A stretch of DNA of 64,000 nt, from IMG/VR virus record IMGVR_UViG_3300032281_000616, positions 96,001-160,000 of that record; one strand, given 5' to 3'. Within the stretch, counting starts at the first letter, position 1, and every line of letters starts with the position of its first letter. The DNA comes from a virus (lineage: Duplodnaviria > Caudoviricetes). Position numbers and translations under genes: made by a program. Positions 54,460 to 62,457 of the stretch are shown piece after piece. The notes beneath the pieces were generated by a model. That model had not been told where the DNA came from and searched no databases. It worked only from the letters and a program-made list of their open reading frames with translations.

Positions 54460-55193
54460 CCGCACCCGGACTCGAAAATACACTTTTAGACTAAATAGTA
54501 TTATGAAGATGCTTAATTGTGATAGGTGTAATGAAGAATTCGAAGTTTCATATGACCAATGGAAGAATCGGAGGAGTAAAAAGAAAATCCATAATAGGAA
54601 TAATTATTGTTCGCTGGAATGCAGATTATTGGGACAAGGAAAAAGCCCAAGAATAGAAGTTTCGTGTGAAAGTTGTGGTTGTTTTTTTATGAAACATTAT
54701 AGCGAGGTTACGAGAACCCCTAAAAATTTTTGTTCTAGATCTTGCTCTGCTACATATAACAACACTCACAAAACAAAGGGTAATCGCAGAAGTAAGTTAG
54801 AAAAATGGTTAGAAGAACAATTAACTGTGTTATATCTAGAACTAGAAATTCTATATTCGAACAAAACCACCATTAATTCTGAGCTTGATATTTATATACC
54901 ATCCCTAAAATTAGCCTTTGAACTTAATGGAATATTCCATTATGAACCAATATATGGTGAAGATAAGCTAAATCAAATCCAAAACAATGATAATAGAAAA
55001 TTTCAGGCTTGTTTAGAGAAAGGTATCGAATTATGTATTATCGATACTTCTCAACACAAATACGTTAAGCCTTCTACTTCACAAAAATATCTTGATATTA
55101 TCACACATTTAGTTAACTCTAAATTAGAGTCATCCAAAACAGACTACGTGGAAGTAGTGTGATTTCCTGTTTCTGACCGCACCCGGACTCGAA
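54460..55193. repeat. 17-bp direct repeat of the tRNA-Leu 3' end flanking an endonuclease gene
   Basis: CCGCACCCGGACTCGAA at 54460-54476 and 55177-55193. Confidence 0.88.
54503..55162 (+). mobile_element. Zn-finger plus PD-(D/E)xK-like putative homing endonuclease
   Basis: CxxC...YCSLEC, CxxC...FCSRSC, ELDIYIPSLKLAFELNGIFHY; own late promoter at 54492. Confidence 0.78.
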
Positions 55194-55292
55194 CCGGGAA
55201 GCCTTTCGGCGGCAGATTTTCGACAAGGTATAATATATTTCACTTATACCCTATTAGAAAGTCTGCGATGTTTACCTTTTCATCATACGGCC
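55174..55292 (-). tRNA. tRNA-Leu (TAA) with a 38-nt insertion in the anticodon
   Basis: GGCCGTA/TGCGGTC-A; GCAGA-CTT[38 nt]AAAA-TCTGC; variable arm GCCGAAAGGC; CCCGG-TTCGAGT-CCGGG. Confidence 0.8.
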
Positions 55293-55304
55293 ATTGATTT
55301 TTAG

Positions 55305-55472
55305 TTATCCTACATATTCTTCAGTGTCAATATCAATCAATTCATTGTCGTAAACTGATCCATCCTCTTCATTGAATACACATTCCATATCCATGATCTT
55401 ATCATTGAGATCATCTTCATCTTCAGCATTGATAAAGACATTAAATTTCATTGTTACGATGTATTGCTTCAT
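55305..55472 (-). CDS. Micro-ORF (55 aa, very acidic)
   Basis: Motif promoter with N6-ATG; MKQYIVTMKFNVFINAEDEDDL... Confidence 0.65.
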   Translation of the reverse strand: MKQYIVTMKFNVFINAEDEDDLNDKIMDMECVFNEEDGSVYDNELIDIDTEEYVG

Positions 55473-55497
55473 GTCAGTAGTTTACTTTAGTGTTTCA

Positions 55498-55869
55498 TCA
55501 ATCAAAATCGAATCCAAGAAGAAAATACCAATTTCCGATCTTAGCTTCTCTCAATCCACCCCTAGAAAATTCATATCCAATTTGGGAATCATATACATAA
55601 TCCCAATCATCTGGTCTATAACCTTCACAACAAGCGAAGACTGGATATGATTCGTAATAGTCCTCTCTAGCTCCCATCTTATTATTGATCTCTCCTAGAG
55701 AGTATGGAGATGATGGTTTGGATGATTTAATCCTTTCAGCTATTTCATCTGCTTTCTTATAGATCTCATCAGCGATAGGTTGATATTCTTTAGGCCAACC
55801 TTTACGTGATTGATAATGATTATAATCATGAACCCATTGAGGGAAATCAGATATTGTTCTGAAGTTCAT
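55498..55869 (-). CDS. Hypothetical protein
   Basis: TGA abuts the motif at 55488. Confidence 0.7.
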   Translation of the reverse strand: MNFRTISDFPQWVHDYNHYQSRKGWPKEYQPIADEIYKKADEIAERIKSSKPSSPYSLGEINNKMGAREDYYESYPVFACCEGYRPDDWDYVYDSQIGYEFSRGGLREAKIGNWYFLLGFDFD

Positions 55870-55870
55870 A

Positions 55871-56194
55871 TCAAAAGATTTGGTTCAACATATCCATAAC
55901 TCTTTCCTTGAGCCTAACATCCCAACCGGGAACTCTATTGATTCTTTTTGTTTTAAGGATACCTTTGTTTGTTACTGTATTAACCGCACATATCCTGACA
56001 GCATCAGTACCGCACTTCTTCGATACACCATTAGGAGAAATTGAAGAGTAAACAAATAGACTGATATTTGGATTCTTTTTAGTTTGATAAGCGTATACAT
56101 ATTCATTACCCTTAATGGTTTTGCTCCAGCCTTTATCATGCTTTAGAAGAGCATCCATTTCCAATTCTGTAATAGTGCAATAAGTAGCAGCCAT
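55871..56194 (-). CDS. Hypothetical protein
   Basis: Motif promoter with N6-ATG; GTDAVRI...KRINRV.GW. Confidence 0.75.
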   Translation of the reverse strand: MAATYCTITELEMDALLKHDKGWSKTIKGNEYVYAYQTKKNPNISLFVYSSISPNGVSKKCGTDAVRICAVNTVTNKGILKTKRINRVPGWDVRLKERVMDMLNQIF

Positions 56195-56219
56195 ATTAGG
56201 ATTGTGAGTTAGTGTTTCA

Positions 56220-56561
56220 TCAGTTTTCTTTAACGTCTTTCAATCCAAGAATAAACATAAAAGCGCACACGATTCGAGTGGCGAATTTAGCGAATCCTTC
56301 CACATAAAACATATCAAATACAGATAGACTACCAGACCTGATAGCCCATGAGTATCCAATAAGACCAACAATCATACCTAAGACATATCCTAGACCGTTT
56401 CTAGTATGTCCAAGGATTAAATAAGCACCACCAAGACCACTAATGAATCTTAGGCATGTACCAAAGCCTCCCAGACTAAAATCCAAGAAACACCCAAAAG
56501 CCAAAAATAGTAATCCAATAATGATTCGAAATCCACCTAAAATATTTATTATTGAATTCAT
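56220..56561 (-). CDS. Multi-pass membrane protein
   Basis: About four hydrophobic helices. Confidence 0.7.
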   Translation of the reverse strand: MNSIINILGGFRIIIGLLFLAFGCFLDFSLGGFGTCLRFISGLGGAYLILGHTRNGLGYVLGMIVGLIGYSWAIRSGSLSVFDMFYVEGFAKFATRIVCAFMFILGLKDVKEN

Positions 56562-56575
56562 AATTATACAACCCC

Positions 56576-56612
56576 GAGGGGTTTAGTAGGGATAGAACCT
56601 ACTAAACCCCTC
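56576..56612 (-). terminator. 15-bp hairpin, terminator-like
   Basis: GAGGGGTTTAGTAGG-N7-CCTACTAAACCCCTC. Confidence 0.65.
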
Positions 56613-56622
56613 CATCCCACCT

Positions 56623-57039
56623 TTAGACGCCGATTTCCACCACAGTCTCGACATCTGAATCATCAGAACTTCCTGATACTTCTGCCTTAAGTTGTGCAGT
56701 AAGTTCAGCCAACTTCTTACGAAGACGCTCTTGCTTCTTAGCTTCCTTAGCAGCAGCCTTTTCTTCTTCTGTAAGAACCACCTTCTCAACCTTAACCTTC
56801 TTAGCAAGATTAAGACCATCTACCACGATGGCAAAGGTATCCACTTCTTGTGGATCACCATTATCATCAGGCATAAGCCCTACTTGATTGTTGAATGCTA
56901 CTTCTAGGAGAAGAGTGATTACACCTTTATCAGTAAGGTTATAATCTTCCTTCAACTTTTGAAGTGTTGCCTTTTGTTCTTCGCTAACATTCACTACGAC
57001 TTGTTTAGCGACCGACTTCTTTTCTGTTTCAGTTTCCAT
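56623..57039 (-). CDS. Hypothetical protein with an E/K-rich helix
   Basis: Motif promoter with N6-ATG. Confidence 0.75.
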   Translation of the reverse strand: METETEKKSVAKQVVVNVSEEQKATLQKLKEDYNLTDKGVITLLLEVAFNNQVGLMPDDNGDPQEVDTFAIVVDGLNLAKKVKVEKVVLTEEEKAAAKEAKKQERLRKKLAELTAQLKAEVSGSSDDSDVETVVEIGV

Positions 57040-57068
57040 ACCGTTATTTTAGTTTAGTGTTTAATCGT

Positions 57069-57266
57069 TTATTTTCCTACCGTGAAAGCAATGATTAGAG
57101 CAATCGCAATGATCAACAGAACCAAAGCAAAGCTAATCCAAATGGGGGATAGAACCCACCACCATGACCATGCAATATATCCCGTAAGTTTTAGGCCAAT
57201 GAAAAGCACAGTCAAAAGACCTACAAATCCAATGCCTCCAGATGATGTTGTAGTATTATTACTCAT
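57069..57266 (-). CDS. Small membrane protein (GIGF.GLL...LKLTG.I.WSWWWVL.PIW family)
   Basis: Recognisable phage membrane motif; motif promoter with N6-ATG. Confidence 0.78.
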   Translation of the reverse strand: MSNNTTTSSGGIGFVGLLTVLFIGLKLTGYIAWSWWWVLSPIWISFALVLLIIAIALIIAFTVGK

Positions 57267-57287
57267 ATTGTTATTTTATTCTAGTGT

Positions 57288-57806
57288 TTAATCAATATAT
57301 TCTTCAGGATTATCCTTATAAGCTTGTTCCATATCAGACTCTTGTTTCTTAGTAAACCAATCCATCATATAAAGACCAAGAGCATCCCTAAGAGCAGGGA
57401 TAAATCCATTGTGTTTGGAATATTCTTTAAAATCAGAAGATGGTGGTTCCCAATAACCATAAGATTCATACGTTTCGTAACCAACTTCGAACTTTAAGAA
57501 GTTTTCTGATGCGATTACAATCACACCATCCAAAGATAGACCATAGGGAGTGTCATAAGACATAAAAGAATTCTCAACCCTTTCGAATTGACCAAATTTC
57601 TCATTAATAGATTTCAGAAATCCGTTGAATGATTTACGAACACTTTCACAATACGAGATATTACGAAGGATGTTTCGAACTTCTGATTCAGTTCCCACAC
57701 CATAAGTAAGTTCAGCATCATGCCAATCTTTATCAGGTGTTTTTACTAGAAGGTTTTCCCAACTACAATCATCTTCTAGGATAGTCTCAACTTTGAACTC
57801 GATCAT
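57288..57806 (-). CDS. Acidic hypothetical protein
   Basis: Motif promoter with N6-ATG; stop inside the next motif. Confidence 0.75.
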   Translation of the reverse strand: MIEFKVETILEDDCSWENLLVKTPDKDWHDAELTYGVGTESEVRNILRNISYCESVRKSFNGFLKSINEKFGQFERVENSFMSYDTPYGLSLDGVIVIASENFLKFEVGYETYESYGYWEPPSSDFKEYSKHNGFIPALRDALGLYMMDWFTKKQESDMEQAYKDNPEEYID

Positions 57807-57828
57807 GGTGTGAGTTTATGTTAGTGTT

Positions 57829-58362
57829 TCATCCTTCAACGTCTTCCGGTATATCAAGGATATTATCAGCCTTGATGGTGAAGCATAGAGGACGATCTTC
57901 ATCAGTAGGACTAAGAAGTTTCTTAGCTTCTGATGGGGGAAGATACTCAGCAAACTTAGCCTTATCAACAATCTCACCGTTTACATAATACACAGACTTT
58001 GGAATATGATTATTAGCTTGGGATGGATAAAGACGAAGATAAAGATTATCCTTATGTTCGATGACATGAGGAAACCATGATTTCTTTGTCAATTTGTCCA
58101 CATACCACGACCCCCATGGTAGTTCACCAACTTCACCACGTTCACCAGATGCAATTCCTTCCTTCACAGCAGAAAGATTAGCATAATTTACACCAGCTTG
58201 CACCACGGCAACTGTGTGTTTCTCAAGGATAACACCTTCTTTCTTAAAAGAAGCAGCAGGTGTAGGATTGCTTTTCCATGATGCTTTTACAAATTGACCC
58301 TTACAAGAAAGGATTTTGTTGCGAATAGCTTCAGCACTTAGGGGATTAGTTGTCGTTGTCAT
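57829..58362 (-). CDS. Hypothetical protein
   Basis: Motif promoter with N6-ATG; stop inside the next motif. Confidence 0.78.
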   Translation of the reverse strand: MTTTTNPLSAEAIRNKILSCKGQFVKASWKSNPTPAASFKKEGVILEKHTVAVVQAGVNYANLSAVKEGIASGERGEVGELPWGSWYVDKLTKKSWFPHVIEHKDNLYLRLYPSQANNHIPKSVYYVNGEIVDKAKFAEYLPPSEAKKLLSPTDEDRPLCFTIKADNILDIPEDVEG

Positions 58363-58384
58363 ATCGTTAGTATATCTTAGTGTT

Positions 58385-58612
58385 TTATTGATACTTTGTA
58401 ATTAGTGGATGTTGATTAGTAAACTTATATGTTTTACCTTCCCAACCACGAATCTTTTGACCTTGCTCATTATAGAAATGAGAGATAGATCCATTGGTTG
58501 AAGAGATGATCATATTAGTAGTTTTACGAGCAGATTGAATCTTCTGATCGAAATCCTTTGTGGTTAGTTTATAGAATAGATTGATTAGTTTTTTCATATT
58601 AAAAATCTCCAC
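58385..58612 (-). CDS. Hypothetical protein
   Basis: Stop inside the motif at 58378. Confidence 0.6.
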   Translation of the reverse strand: MEIFNMKKLINLFYKLTTKDFDQKIQSARKTTNMIISSTNGSISHFYNEQGQKIRGWEGKTYKFTNQHPLITKYQ

Positions 58613-58913
58613 TTTCAGAAAACCGTAGTTGGAATTCTCTCAACATGCTTTCTCTTTTGGGTGTCATTTCACCTTTCCAGATTGGAAATAGTTTACAATC
58701 TTCGTCTTGTGCAACCAACACATGACAGGTCCATGATACATTATAGACTGGGATATTACACACACCATCATCCCAATCGTACCAATCATCCCCATCACTC
58801 ATATATAAAAAACATGATGGCATATCATAAACATGATCTCCATCTAATCTAAATGCCTGTAAAGCTGGTCTTGTTTTATCAACTAATTTGATATACCAAT
58901 CGGGTGGTTTCAT
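58599..58913 (-). CDS. Hypothetical protein
   Basis: Motif at 58929 with N6-ATG. Confidence 0.7.
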   Translation of the reverse strand: MKPPDWYIKLVDKTRPALQAFRLDGDHVYDMPSCFLYMSDGDDWYDWDDGVCNIPVYNVSWTCHVLVAQDEDCKLFPIWKGEMTPKRESMLREFQLRFSESGDF

Positions 58914-58920
58914 ACTCTCA

Positions 58921-59175
58921 TTATTCGTTAGTGTTTAATAGATAATTAGATTCCATATCCATCACACCATCCGCTATCATAATACTAACGATAGCTGTAA
59001 AGGTTATTTCATTAAGAGGATCACTTGGTTTGATGATAGGATCTACAACTTTACCATCGATCACACTATATGTAGCCAAACCTTTGGGTATGATCTTACC
59101 TGATTCTACCTCATAGAAAACATCATGTAGAAAACCTACAGTATCATACATCTCAAAGTATCTATGAATATTCAT
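58921..59175 (-). CDS. Hypothetical protein
   Basis: 84 aa, packed with its neighbours. Confidence 0.62.
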   Translation of the reverse strand: MNIHRYFEMYDTVGFLHDVFYEVESGKIIPKGLATYSVIDGKVVDPIIKPSDPLNEITFTAIVSIMIADGVMDMESNYLLNTNE

Positions 59176-59176
59176 G

Positions 59177-59581
59177 TTAGTATTTTTCCTTTATGTATTT
59201 TTCTCCATCATAATACCACAAATTCTTATACCCAACGGCCCTTAAATTTCTTAGGCAATTCGAGCATGGTTTTGATATAGCGGTTTCTCCTAGATTATTG
59301 AGTCTCACATTCACAAAGGTTAGATGGAAACAATCCTCCAATCCAAGTCGAATCAAGGATGAAATTTCTGAATGCAATCCAGCCTTATAATTTCCTTGTG
59401 TTCTATTGGATTTGTATTGACCAAACTTATAGTATAAGTTTTGCTTATCATATGAATTATTACCAATGGTAATCAATTTAGATCCATGATATACGAAAGT
59501 TGTATGGAAACTCTTACCCGATTGATACAAAGGCTTCATCGCCCTAGTAATATCTTCTAAACGGGAGAAGTTAATTGCCAT
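59177..59581 (-). CDS. Zn-dependent cytidine/dCMP deaminase-fold protein
   Basis: HSE and SKPCSNC Zn motifs; IGNNS. Confidence 0.8.
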   Translation of the reverse strand: MAINFSRLEDITRAMKPLYQSGKSFHTTFVYHGSKLITIGNNSYDKQNLYYKFGQYKSNRTQGNYKAGLHSEISSLIRLGLEDCFHLTFVNVRLNNLGETAISKPCSNCLRNLRAVGYKNLWYYDGEKYIKEKY

Positions 59582-59602
59582 GAGTGTATCTTACTTTAGT
59601 GT

Positions 59603-60292
59603 TTACACAGTCAAAGCAAACCCAGTCTTATCAATCTTAGCATGACGCTTACCTTTCAAGGCAACGATGCAACCCTTCGGATCAAGAAACCTAAGATCAT
59701 GATCATCACCACTTACAATGCGCTTACCATTAAATTTCTTAGGTTGTTCACCATTAAAAACGATAGCAACATTTCCCTTACTTCCAAGAATAGCTTGACA
59801 CTTGAGGTCATTATCTTCCTTTCTAGAAAAGGTTAGATGATAATTTTTAGGAAGCTTCTTCTCCAAGAATTCTACCATACGATCAAAATCTGGAGTGTAA
59901 TCATAAAATTGAACATCATCAAACATCTCCATAAGAGTCATGCCGTTATGCTTAATCTTATGCCAAGGTAGATCACTCGTGAGATTCAATCTAAAACAAG
60001 GAGTAAGACCCTTCTTCAAAGACTTCTTGATAGCTGAAGAAATTTCCTTAATAAGTTGTTCCATGAACCCATTCTTATTAGTGAAGAAGTATTTTGTCTT
60101 ATTGATACGGGCTAATTGAACAGATGAATAAGCACCCATTCCAGCCGTATTCAAACACGCAGCACGACAACCAGCACTGGAATTCTTACAGACATTAAAA
60201 CCTGATAATTTTTCAGGAGCAAGATGGATACCAAATGTGAGATATCCAAGATCAAGAGACTTTTTTAATTTTGTGTTTGTGGTGAGAAGCAT
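59603..60292 (-). CDS. GP88-family protein (Cys-cluster, radical-SAM-like)
   Basis: VCKNSSAGCRAACL, FRLNLTSD, QFYDYT, YHLTFS, GDDHDLRFLD. Confidence 0.75.
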   Translation of the reverse strand: MLLTTNTKLKKSLDLGYLTFGIHLAPEKLSGFNVCKNSSAGCRAACLNTAGMGAYSSVQLARINKTKYFFTNKNGFMEQLIKEISSAIKKSLKKGLTPCFRLNLTSDLPWHKIKHNGMTLMEMFDDVQFYDYTPDFDRMVEFLEKKLPKNYHLTFSRKEDNDLKCQAILGSKGNVAIVFNGEQPKKFNGKRIVSGDDHDLRFLDPKGCIVALKGKRHAKIDKTGFALTV

Positions 60293-60313
60293 GTCTAAAT
60301 TATACCTTAGTGT

Positions 60314-60532
60314 TTAACCAAATCTTTTCTTAAAATATGTGTATTGTCTTTTTGTATCTAAAATAATTTTAATGTTTATTCTAGGCATACGTCCAAAATT
60401 ATCTTCTTCGATATAATACTTGTAACCTTTCCGACCACAATAATACATTATACATGCAAACAGGTGTGGTTTATTCATCACACTATACATACAAATCACA
60501 GGATCAGGTGGAATATAAAATTTGGATTTCAT
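60314..60532 (-). CDS. Hypothetical protein
   Basis: Stop inside the motif at 60308. Confidence 0.6.
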   Translation of the reverse strand: MKSKFYIPPDPVICMYSVMNKPHLFACIMYYCGRKGYKYYIEEDNFGRMPRINIKIILDTKRQYTYFKKRFG

Positions 60533-60978
60533 GTAAAACTAACGGTTTGTTTGAAACAGTCTGGTTTAGGAATTCTTTTGTATTGATAGTTTTCATCCAT
60601 CTTATACCAAATCTCCCCATCTTCGGGATACTCGTCTCCCCAACAAATACCATCAATACAATTAAGATAGTGTTTCTCAATCAGAAGATATGTATAGTAA
60701 CATTCACAGATACCATAACAATCATTTTGATCCTCCACACATTTGATCAATAGATCTAAGTCGGTGAATGAACCACGATAAGCTTTACCGAAATATGTAT
60801 CAGTTGGATCTGGTTTATTTTCAATCCACCAACGTTTACCAAACTCCATCTTTTCATCTTGAGTCATACCATTGATCAGATTTGTATACTCCTTTTCTTT
60901 CTCTCTACGAGCTTCCCATGCCTTAATATGAGAGTCTGAGAAGGCGATGAGATTGTAAATGTATTTTGGTGATTCCAT
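60529..60978 (-). CDS. Hypothetical protein
   Basis: 149 aa downstream of the motif at 61028. Confidence 0.72.
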   Translation of the reverse strand: MESPKYIYNLIAFSDSHIKAWEARREKEKEYTNLINGMTQDEKMEFGKRWWIENKPDPTDTYFGKAYRGSFTDLDLLIKCVEDQNDCYGICECYYTYLLIEKHYLNCIDGICWGDEYPEDGEIWYKMDENYQYKRIPKPDCFKQTVSFT

Positions 60979-61046
60979 AAGTTTGTCAGATTAGTTAATT
61001 TATTAAATCGATGAAGTTATTATATTCTAGTGTTTAATCATTTATG

Positions 61047-61427
61047 TTACACATATTTTTCAATAGCTTCTTTTAGACGAATTAAATCTCCTTTATCACA
61101 GTCTGGTGATTCAATCCATTGTATGATACCGCTTATGGCTTCATTACTAGTTCCACCAAATAAAAAAGATTCGATTGCATCAAGTCTATCCTGATACATT
61201 TTATCCAAGTCTGCTGTTTTGTTTACGATGCTTTCAAAGACTCTATCGTTTTCTTTGAAGTAATCACAAATTGAATCGTATTCATCATCCCTCAATAATC
61301 CGCTTTTGTAAAAGATTTCAGCTACCTTATATTTGTCTACGTATTCTTCCATATCATCAGAAAGATTGCATGCTTCCACCATGTCATATATAGACCCTAC
61401 AACATAACTCATTCTATCTTCATCCAT
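61047..61427 (-). CDS. Acidic hypothetical protein
   Basis: 126 aa, packed with its neighbours. Confidence 0.7.
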   Translation of the reverse strand: MDEDRMSYVVGSIYDMVEACNLSDDMEEYVDKYKVAEIFYKSGLLRDDEYDSICDYFKENDRVFESIVNKTADLDKMYQDRLDAIESFLFGGTSNEAISGIIQWIESPDCDKGDLIRLKEAIEKYV

Positions 61428-61428
61428 A

Positions 61429-61746
61429 TTAGTTTTCTTTCAAAAATGCGCTTAAAATATCAACTTGAAACATACCAAAGAACATACCTTCCGCTTGCTT
61501 AGAAAAAGCGTAAAAATCAGCAGACTTAAATGCTACATCAGCGGGGTATACAAAAGCATACAGACGACCCTCATGAGATACGTTAATGAAATCTGGTTCG
61601 TATTCACAAATCTTAGCGTCCTTAATTTGTTTATATAGCTTCTCACAACTCTCCTTAGAAGATGGTTGTTGACTAGCTAATATAAATCCCGGACGATCCG
61701 AATACAGACTCTTAAGGTCTTCGATTGGTAGTTCTTTGTATGTCAT
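61429..61746 (-). CDS. Hypothetical protein
   Basis: 105 aa, packed with its neighbours. Confidence 0.7.
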   Translation of the reverse strand: MTYKELPIEDLKSLYSDRPGFILASQQPSSKESCEKLYKQIKDAKICEYEPDFINVSHEGRLYAFVYPADVAFKSADFYAFSKQAEGMFFGMFQVDILSAFLKEN

Positions 61747-61927
61747 TTTTAATAAAATTCAAATCCTTTTTACTATACCATCCAATCCAACTTTCATCAA
61801 ATTCTACAATATATTTTCTAATTTTAGAATCCCAACCACTTACAACACCCGTTTTATTGAATGTTAACATTTTGTTGTTTTTTATAGAGACTATAGTGTT
61901 TGTATATTTACTCATACCCTTATCCAA
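61712..61927 (-). CDS. Small SH3-like hypothetical protein
   Basis: GVVSGW....YIVEFD..WIGWY...DL pattern. Confidence 0.5.
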   Translation of the reverse strand: MDKGMSKYTNTIVSIKNNKMLTFNKTGVVSGWDSKIRKYIVEFDESWIGWYSKKDLNFIKNDIQRTTNRRP

Positions 61928-62457
61928 TAGGTTTCGCCACCCGCAGAAATATCAAAGTAATCTGACTGAAGTTCTTGAGCAGCAGACTCCCAATCAATTT
62001 TCATATGATTGAATGGCCATTGACCTGATTGGAATTCTTTAGGAAATTCACATACATCATTGGCTAATTGTTCTGCATATTCTGTAAAGTATGATTCGTG
62101 GATCAACCCTTCTCCATAAGACCAATCAGGTGAATCCTCACCTTGAGAGATTACTTCAGTGAGTAGATCAAGTTCATCCTTATCAAAGGACTGATTGAAT
62201 TGATCTAGAGCTTCTTGTGCTTCTTCGACAACTTCATGAAGTTCATTAAGTCTACGTCTAATAAACGCAACCGAATCATCATCCTCATCCTTACTGTCTG
62301 GATCAGTATCATTTTCTCGAAGAAAATCATCAAGATCTCCCTTAGCTTCTTCCAGTGCTTCCACTAAAGAATTATACTCGTCTTGTAATTCTTCATGGCG
62401 AGTAATGATGTCGCGGGAATCGATGATATCGTCACCCCAATTGAAATCTGTTTTCAT
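61912..62457 (-). CDS. Very acidic protein, ArdA-like antirestriction candidate
   Basis: About 30% D/E; FTEYAEQL...IDWESAAQELQSDY; motif promoter with N6-ATG. Confidence 0.55.
   Translation of the reverse strand: MKTDFNWGDDIIDSRDIITRHEELQDEYNSLVEALEEAKGDLDDFLRENDTDPDSKDEDDDSVAFIRRRLNELHEVVEEAQEALDQFNQSFDKDELDLLTEVISQGEDSPDWSYGEGLIHESYFTEYAEQLANDVCEFPKEFQSGQWPFNHMKIDWESAAQELQSDYFDISAGGETYWIRV

Noticed and set aside
55210-55270. Archaeal-type bulge-helix-bulge splice motif in the tRNA-Leu insert
   Set aside because: TTTC/GAAA can form a 4-bp helix, but the 3' side has no 3-nt bulge and the implied cuts do not restore a 7-nt loop
48544-61903. Motif-like hits inside ORFs (48544, about 50395, 61894)
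   Set aside because: Partial matches without the N3-YANNNT-N6-ATG geometry; not counted
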